A model generated the notes under the pieces. That model searched no databases, was not told the origin of the DNA, and worked only from the letters and a program-made list of their open reading frames with translations. Shown here in pieces: positions 57,701 through 64,000 of a stretch of 64,000 nt of DNA. The stretch covers positions 185,690,001-185,754,000 of the forward strand of contig CM097883.1 of assembly GCA_044892505.1 (NCBI GenBank), in the 5' to 3' direction. How positions within the stretch are numbered: position 1 is the first letter of the stretch; every line of letters starts with the position of its first letter. The position numbers and the translations under genes were made by a program. This DNA is from Schmidtea nova. Its lineage: Eukaryota.

Positions 57701-60700
57701 GAGCATTGACACATGTTAATATAATCTTGGCTTGGATGTGTCCCATGCCATTGAAGTAGCTTTTGAATAATTAGATATTTTAATGATTTGTTTCTAACTA
57801 ATGTGATTGATCTCTTAAATTCGTATTGAAGCATCGCCTCTTTGTCTTGTATCGTTTAGATGATCCTTTCAAACATGTCCAATATATGACTTACTAGTCT
57901 AATAACAAACGCTTGTTTGTGTTGTTCAAGCCGAGAGAAAGTATTGAACTCGTTGTCAGACTCACTGGATTTTTAAGTAACTTTCCTGCATTATAGAAAC
58001 ATATTCATCTATACATTTGACATTAATCGTTACGTCATCTTCATTTTTTACATTGAAATCAAATAATTCTTCCAGAAAGAGGATAATTCAAAGATTTTAG
58101 TTTAAACATCAATTAAAAAACTCGATTCAAATAATTATATTTCTATTCCTCGTAAAATTCAAAAAAGAACAAAACACTTAAAATCAAAATCTAATCATAC
58201 CAAAATAGACCAAGCTAATCAAATCCAAGACACGGAAAAAGGTAGAAAACCCACTAATCAAATTACAATTCATCATCAGGAATTAAGAACCTGCACACAA
58301 TTGGCCACATAAACATTTGCACACACAATCCCAAAAACATTGAGGCTCACAAGTTGAGCCATAATTAATCAGTCTATATAATAAATATTAATTAAATTTT
58401 CAATTTTGTATTTAATTATCTAATAATTTTAAATGTTTTCCTTCATACAACACCAATAAAAAAATCAGTCAAATGAAATACATAACCATTATTTTATATT
58501 TAATCGTTTTGTGACTATCATCCTTTTCTCATTTAATGCTATTTTATAAAATATACTTGCTTTACATATGGTAAAAGAAACATTAGTGTCCTATTATTAA
58601 ATTGTTTATTAAAATCACTTATTATCAAAAATTCCCTAATATAATGTGAATTAGCATATTTTATTCAAATATCAAAAAACATGAAATATTTTTTCAAAAT
58701 TTTTGTAAAACAATAAGGTTTTTATCAATTTTTTGTCAGAAGCGTCGCGGCAATAAATCATTTGTTTTTATTTTTTTAATTGCCCATGTTTCATGAGTTC
58801 AATTATAAAAGGGATATTAAATTTCTAACAGTTATATATTTGTAAATTTATCTTATTTGGAAAAAATATATATTTCTTTAATGAAGAATGTAAATTAGAT
58901 TTTATAATTTTGGAAAATTAATCCAAGAGGTAATTAAGGGTATGTAATCTTTCTCACAAATTGAATTATCTTACCTAGCTGAAATATTCGTGAACAGTAA
59001 GGTTAGTAATAAATTATCGGATATAAACAAGGTGGCATCACATGAAACATAAGGTCGATCATGTTAAAGAAATTTATAAATTTATAAATTTCGAACATTT
59101 TTTATTAGATATACAACGAAATAAACAAATAATTGTGTTTATTTACATCATGAAATAAAATTCATCTTAAAGATAATTAAAATAATTATTTTATTGATAT
59201 CCCCATGGCAAGTCCATATATGAATGTGGCAAGATTCTAAAATTAATTTGAAAGTTTATTATTTAAGTTCTGTGCTTACTTTTTTTAAATCTATCTTTGA
59301 TAGTATTATTTATACAAAGGTTAGTTACCCGATAATTATTATCACACTAAAGCTATCTAAACGAATGGATCCTGTTGAAAAAATTATAGATAAAGTTCAT
59401 ATGAAATTTATAGATATTATTGAAGTTCATATTCATTTCCTATTTTTTAGAAGAAAAAAAATATGCGGATTCTGAAAAAAGCACAATGGAAAAACTTAAA
59501 GAAGAATTAACGAAAAGACAATATTTATTTAATGAAATGGATGTAAGTATTTATTTGTAGGTATAATAAGATAAAAGTTTAGTACTTAATAAATATTTTT
59601 AACAATGTTTTAATAAAATTACTTGGTAATATTTTAAATTAAATCAGTTTAAAATTCTTAAAAAATGAATTAAAATTTTATGTCTAAATAATTTTCATTA
59701 TTGTGAAATTTTCACGGTCAATTCGTTAATATTATAGAGATTTAAAATAATTTAAAATTTTAATTTTAATTTTAAACAATTTTAATATATTTTAAAAGAA
59801 ATATATTTTAATTTTAATATTGTTATTTTATTGTTTAATTACCATATTATTTTTGTCAAAATTATAGTATTTATTTTTAGATAATTTCTTATCCAGTTCT
59901 GAAACAACAAAATAATTCATTACTCGATCAAATAGAGGAATTGAAACAGTAATTATGTTAATTAATGTTTATAATGTTTANNNNNNNNNNNNNNNNNNNN
60001 NNNNNNNNNNNNNNNNNNNNNNNNNNNNNNNNNNNNNNNNNNNNNNNNNNNNNNNNNNNNNNNNNNNNNNNNNNNNNNNNNNNNNNNNNNNNNNNNNNNN
60101 NNNNNNNNNNNNNNNNNNNNNNNNNNNACACTTAGGAGGTATACACTTTTCATTTTTTAAATCAATTCAAACTTTCAAAACTGGTTTAATATTTGCCTTC
60201 TTTGTTCTTAGTTTAAATCGTTTGACATCGGCCACAATATCTATAAAAATTACAATAAATTAAATAGAAAATGGAACAAATACCGAAACAACTGTAAGCT
60301 TACTTTTGGCCCACTCTGTATATATTTTGATGATAAATTTTCACGTTTGTGTAATTTGTTTTTTAAAACCTTTTAAAACTTATCATTCTTTGAAAATTAA
60401 CTCTATTCTAAAAACAGTCGCAACATAAGAATAAATTTTATAATTTTTTATTATTATTATTAAAGATTGACTGTTTGCACTTTTTCACGATTGTCCCAAT
60501 TATGGAGCCAAAAATAATTGTCTAAGAATTAAAAATTTTGTAATCATTGCTTTGTTTTTCGTGTGTGTGTGTTAAGTCTCATACCGCCTTGATGCCAGTC
60601 AGCCAGTCACTAATGACATGTATGTACAGACTACTAATCTACGACACTCTTTAAAACTTCCCTGTCACTATATCATTATTCAGTATATGTCAAATAGCAC

Positions 60701-63700
60701 TGTATTTTATTTTGACATTTTTGACATTAATAATCACATTAAATTAATATAGTTGTTGTTTTTGGAATATATATTTTGTTGTCATATCAGAGTAATGACT
60801 AATTCAGTTAATATACTGAATTCTTGATCTTGAACAATCGGCGATTGTCCTAATAATCTACCGATTGTGAATATTACCAATTACTCGGTTAAGTTCTAAT
60901 TAATAATAATAATAATTATTATTATTATATGAAAATAATTTAACTGATAAGGTTTGAAATACTGTATTTTATCCCTACAAATGGTTTTAGCAAAGTAAAG
61001 TGCAAATCCAAACTAAAATGGAATTATCTTTTGGACAAAAAGATAATGATTTGTAATATTTTATGCAATTAATTTCATTAAATGATACACTTGTTTACAC
61101 TATATTTATTTCCTAATGTTTCATTGCACTAAATATCGCGACTTTCAAATAATCTACACTTAAATAATTTTATAAGTAACATTTTTATAATGTTGCATCC
61201 TCAATATACGCCATTGGGCGTTATTGAGAGTTGGAGATAAAATTGTTTTAGCTATTAGTGACATTTTGAGATTGAATTAAATTCTGTTAGAATATTTTTT
61301 GTAAATTTTTTTAAATATCAAATATATTTAGTAATATCATAATTATCTTTTGGTTTCACTTTTGATCTATTCTTTTAAATCAATAATTTTCATATTAATA
61401 ATTGTATGACTATAGATCAAAATTTTTTTCGTTGTTAGACACACTATATTTCAGCACAGCCTTTACATGCTTGATAAAGGCCATGCCAAAATATTTTGTT
61501 TTTTATAAATTTGTCATTTTTACTGTTAAAAAACCACTTATTCTAAATCAAAATACAAAACACAGAAAATATTGCTTTCATATTAATTTTTAAAAAATTA
61601 AAAAAAAATTTTAATTAACTCGTTTTATATATCAATTACATAGTGATATCCCATTTGATTTGTACCACCTTACTACTGCTTGATAGCCAAAACTGAATTA
61701 TGCTTCTTTTTTTTGCTAAAAGTGGCAAAAGTGATGAATACAATTAAATGCGAGACTTCAAGTGGTTTTTTATAATTTATATTTGCAATTTACTGCTAAA
61801 ATTAAAGACCTTCGTGAATAAAATTTGCAGTGAATAAGGCAGGTGTTTCTCTTTATAAAATTTCTCATAATTTCTAGAATCCTTGATAATATTTGATAAT
61901 ATTTAATTATATCTAGAATTCACCTGAAAGAGAATGATGTATATATAATTATTTAAATATATTTAATACATTCAATTAATATTTTTAACATATTTAATTG
62001 AATCTCAATATAATGTGTTTAATCTGAAATCATTTTTCTGTCATTGTTGATATGATTTTTTTTCATTTGAAATTCATAGATGACTGAATATCTATGTAAA
62101 TATCGTGTTTGTCGAGCAATAATCTTGTTGATTTTATACTTTTTTCTGTTAATTGATACTGACTTCACAGTGCTTTGAAAATATAAAAAAATGTAATAGT
62201 TATTTCAGTATTAATTGGTATTTATTTGTCTATGTGCAATTAATTAATTTTTGTCTAGGCAACTTCAACAACAAAATATCATCAATCAACAAGACAAACA
62301 CAGTATGTTTATTTTTGGCTTTAAAATTCCATTTATAAAAAATTAAATGATTTTAAAATATTTTTTTAAACTAAAAACCACAAATTAAAAATTAATGTTA
62401 ATATTTAAAAATTATTTTCTACCAATCAAATTTATACATTGCCCTGGAAGTTAACATAAAAATTTAAATTGAATGTTAAAAATAAAAAAATAATAATTTG
62501 TAAATTGTGTTTAATTTTCTTTATTTTTCTCCTTAAAAAGAAGGATAAATTGAGTTTAATAAGGATTTGAATTTTATTTTATCTCACTTTTGTATTAAAT
62601 ATCTCATAATCAAATGTAGTTTTTACACTTGGTCAAAACGGTAATTTGTTTAAAATATAAAACTATAATGTGGTTCACAAACGACCGAACACAATTCTTA
62701 TTTACTTCAACTAACAATTAATAAAAGCTATACCGAAAATTTGTTTCTAATTTTAAATATAATTTTTTGATAAATTGTCATTTGAATACTGGATGATAAA
62801 ATATGTAATATTATTTTGCAATGGTCTCGTTAAAATATATAATAAGAAACTGAAAAAAGTAATTTTAAATGATTTTAAATTGTCTTGTCTCAGAAATCAC
62901 TTTTTTTTGACTAATTTTCATAATACTTAATTAAAGTGTATGTAAACAAAAACAAAATTATAAAGCAACATCAGCTTCAATTAGTGGTGTTAAGGAGTAG
63001 CAAAATAAAACAATGCTTCAGAGAAGCCTTGCAGAAGCCCATTCCAAAATGACATCATTTTTTATTAACTAATATTGAAAGAACCATGTTCAACCTCTAT
63101 TTTGATAGAGTGATCCACCATTTAATAAAAACATGCTACAAGTTCCGTGAGAATGTTTTTAAATGCAGTAAAATTCTTGTTGGATCGGCAATGTATACAC
63201 TGGGCATAGTGTATATGAAATAAAATTTGCTCCAATTAAAGCGGAACTGGAGAGAGAACATCCGAGTCATTATTCAAAGACTTACGCTGCAGTTTTCTCA
63301 CATTGTTCTAAAATATGCATTTTTATTGTATTTATGAGTTGAAAAAAATGACTGTCAACGATTTCATAACGAAATTATTCTCTATTAAATATATTTCATT
63401 GTAAATATAAAATATCATATTTTCTTGGTAGAAAAATAAAAAAATAGTTTTAAATTGTATTTTATTTCTTATACAAAATTTGTTTTACAAACATTCTTTA
63501 TATTTATTTTAAAGTTGCTCAAAATATTTCTTAACATATTTCTTAACATACACGATTTAACTAAAATATATGCAAGTTATATACAATTTAAACGGCGTTA
63601 CACTAAATTTTATTTTAATTCTCTATTAATTTCTGTATAATAATATTTAGAAATATCATGTTTGTTAAAACAAAAAATGGGTCCGAATTTCGAACAATCT

Positions 63701-63964
63701 GTTCTTTCAAATGAATTAGAGCGTGCTAGAGATATTTTCAAAAGAGAGCGAACAGTGCTTGAAGAACAGAAAGAAACATTAGAGAAAAGGTTATTGGACG
63801 AGGTTAATCGGATTTTAAAGATTGATATTTGTTAATTTTCTCTTTTATTATCTACCTATAGATTAAAAGCAAACGTATTCTAACTGATCAACTCTCTCAA
63901 CAACAAGAATTAATTGAAATGCTATCTCGCCAATGTTCTGATAACAAAGACGTCTCTTACAGAA
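32055..63964 (+). CDS. OFD1: OFD1-like centriolar/ciliary LisH + coiled-coil protein; 14 exons in the window, continues past the right edge
   Basis: Phase-consistent GT-AG exons: 32055-32177, 32229-32435, 32488-32556, 37075-37204, 37256-37398, 50776-50865, 50909-51099, 54928-55047, 56115-56188, 59451-59542, 59881-59948, 62259-62302, 63651-63802, 63862-63964. Translation (MKDKGVVDKLKTQVRQNLISEI...VIFEYLDKNDFHFTKSVFAPESG...FYTAEELLRVLQL...TISEYH...EIQT...SEKMQKLDLQF...RFKDHEI...YQRQQMLRDL) is collinear with the OFD1 N-terminus as I recall it. Confidence 0.85.
33973..34569. mobile_element. pogo/Tigger-like MITE in OFD1 intron 3
   Basis: TIR ccgtattttctgccagatac versus reverse complement ccatattttccaccagatac, TA flanks, and three 18-bp subterminal repeats (cagatac..tgcaccag) at ~33984-34037. 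Confidence 0.75.
35412..36055. repeat. Foldback / long palindrome (two ~310-bp arms, very short spacer)
   Basis: For example cataaacgcgatatatttcgattgtataacaatcttc...gcagcaatcaggacaattaataataaaat is mirrored by its reverse complement at ~35950-36020; the centre is near 35725. Confidence 0.9.
38184..38289 (+). pseudogene. Retroposed 5' fragment of a spliced-leader-capped PP2C (PPM1A/B-like) mRNA
   Basis: 42-nt gccgtaaaacggacttatcgaaatctatataaatcttatatg matches the planarian SL as I recall it (GCCGTTAGACGGTCTTATCGAAATCTATATAAATCTTATATG) at 39/42. Then ataa and ATG (38230) encoding MGAFLDKPKTDEFNESG, the conserved PPM1A/B N-terminus, followed by IL*. Confidence 0.8.
38946..39367 (+). pseudogene. 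Orphan ORF with a frameshift near its start (unknown product)
   Basis: ATG 38946 MESD, then shifts to the frame SDSDSNYSLWESADFLSFLGVPF...CKSCYNFRTD. No recognisable domain. Confidence 0.4.
39502..39718 (+). pseudogene. PSMA6: Proteasome subunit alpha-6 (alpha1) gene fragment
   Basis: HLRPLGCSIIAFSYDKEMDKPMLFKTDPSGFVAGRRAVAVSGKQLEAKSYEEKKLRK parallels PSMA6 MRPLGCCMILIG...[31 protein letters not shown]. Fused to unrelated upstream sequence and runs into an N-gap. Confidence 0.75.
40096..40956 (+). CDS. Orphan intronless ORF (at least 287 aa, runs into a gap) nested in OFD1 intron 5
   Basis: Long stop-free frame in very AT-rich DNA with protein-like composition; no motif recognised. Confidence 0.5.
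41500..42908 (-). pseudogene. pol: RNase H and integrase (frameshifted)
   Basis: LWCDASSIAIGA...INLCELEAI...MSDNKSV; HHCC HKLSHFG...CDKCQ; WKRLAIDVT; GPPDELLLDNYLSF...GNGIIQRNHKTIK. Confidence 0.92.
42910..43882 (-). pseudogene. pol: aspartic protease and reverse transcriptase (frameshifted)
   Basis: LIDSGCSTT protease motif; RT VFDFRALN...LDLSDAYMQI...TRLGFGINIAP...AYIDDILI. Confidence 0.92.
43880..44560 (-). pseudogene. gag (capsid-like region plus two CCHC knuckles after a frameshift)
   Basis: IECFDG...IDEWFDKFELIC; shifted frame CYICNENHFARNC and CSRCEMLGHQSRYC. Confidence 0.85.
46828..46904. repeat. (TA)n microsatellite (others at ~48494-48558, ~51194-51272, ~51728-51775)
   Basis: Pure TA runs seen directly. 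Confidence 0.95.
46996..47189. mobile_element. Tigger-like MITE (~194 bp)
   Basis: Inverted aaccctcgtttaacgcggt / accgcgttaaacgagggtt with TA flanks. Confidence 0.8.
48650..48869 (-). pseudogene. Mariner transposase N-terminal relic
   Basis: RNINNAFGSNTVNERIIRRWFKKFDDGKIDLLNMPRGRP matches the mariner HTH/GRP region. Confidence 0.75.
51273..51727. mobile_element. TG...CA MITE (~455 bp) embedded in a (TA)n tract
   Basis: Perfect 18-bp TIR tgttacggtaaatgtaca, many internal ggtaaatgta(c/t)a repeats in both orientations, and (TA)n on both flanks. Confidence 0.85.
52308..54480. repeat. Diverged ~305-bp inverted repeat pair (52308-52611 and 54176-54480) enclosing an orphan minus-strand ORF (52891-53202)
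   Basis: For example aagtttcattgaaggttcttc..tgacagt..aacac and cataagaaaacttcaaaatacgctt are mirrored in the right arm. Confidence 0.7.
57108..57186 (-). pseudogene. Mariner transposase C-terminal relic
   Basis: KLLKRWNKCMHNIGNYIEK matches the mariner terminus LxxRWxKCxxxxGxYxE. Confidence 0.6.
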
Positions 63965-64000
63965 GTATGTAGAAATACGCTTGCTTGTAAAGGTTTTAAG

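Noticed and set aside
56330-58050. Coding-like decayed sequence as Penelope or another named TE
   Set aside because: Apart from the short mariner C-terminal relic, no diagnostic motif could be read in any frame.

Overview
AT-rich animal genomic scaffold with N-gaps, probably from a triclad flatworm (planarian): a 42-nt sequence at 38184-38225 matches my recollection of the planarian spliced leader. The main feature is a young, ~25-kb Ty3/gypsy-type LTR element (6155-31103). It has two ~4.1-kb near-identical TG...CA LTRs, a CGAT target-site duplication and a tRNA-Pro PBS, and it is inserted into a decayed mariner transposase gene that can be rejoined across it. No RT, RNase H or integrase is visible in the element. 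Instead it carries nine tandem plus-strand intronless genes: an IAP-type RING protein; a Ubl/aspartic protease/ankyrin polyprotein; a coiled-coil ORF; a TRAF (RING, zinc fingers, MATH; split by one in-frame TAG); a BIR-BIR-UBA-RING IAP; two more coiled-coil proteins; and two signal-peptide/coiled-coil/TM proteins, one with a CD40-like PVQE motif. Each gene has a YAG acceptor just before its ATG, and most have TGTA(A/T)ATA and/or AATAAA after the stop. This suggests an operon-like, spliced or trans-spliced, TE-borne TNFR/TRAF/IAP/NF-kB-type signalling cassette. Giant 'Burro' LTR elements are already known in planarians, so novelty needs checking against them. The right half is a host OFD1-like gene (14 exons reconstructed, 32055 to beyond 63964). 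Its introns hold MITEs, a foldback, a small decayed gypsy element, mariner relics, an SL-capped PP2C mRNA fragment, a proteasome alpha-6 fragment and orphan ORFs. All protein assignments are by-eye motif recognition; no database searches were run.
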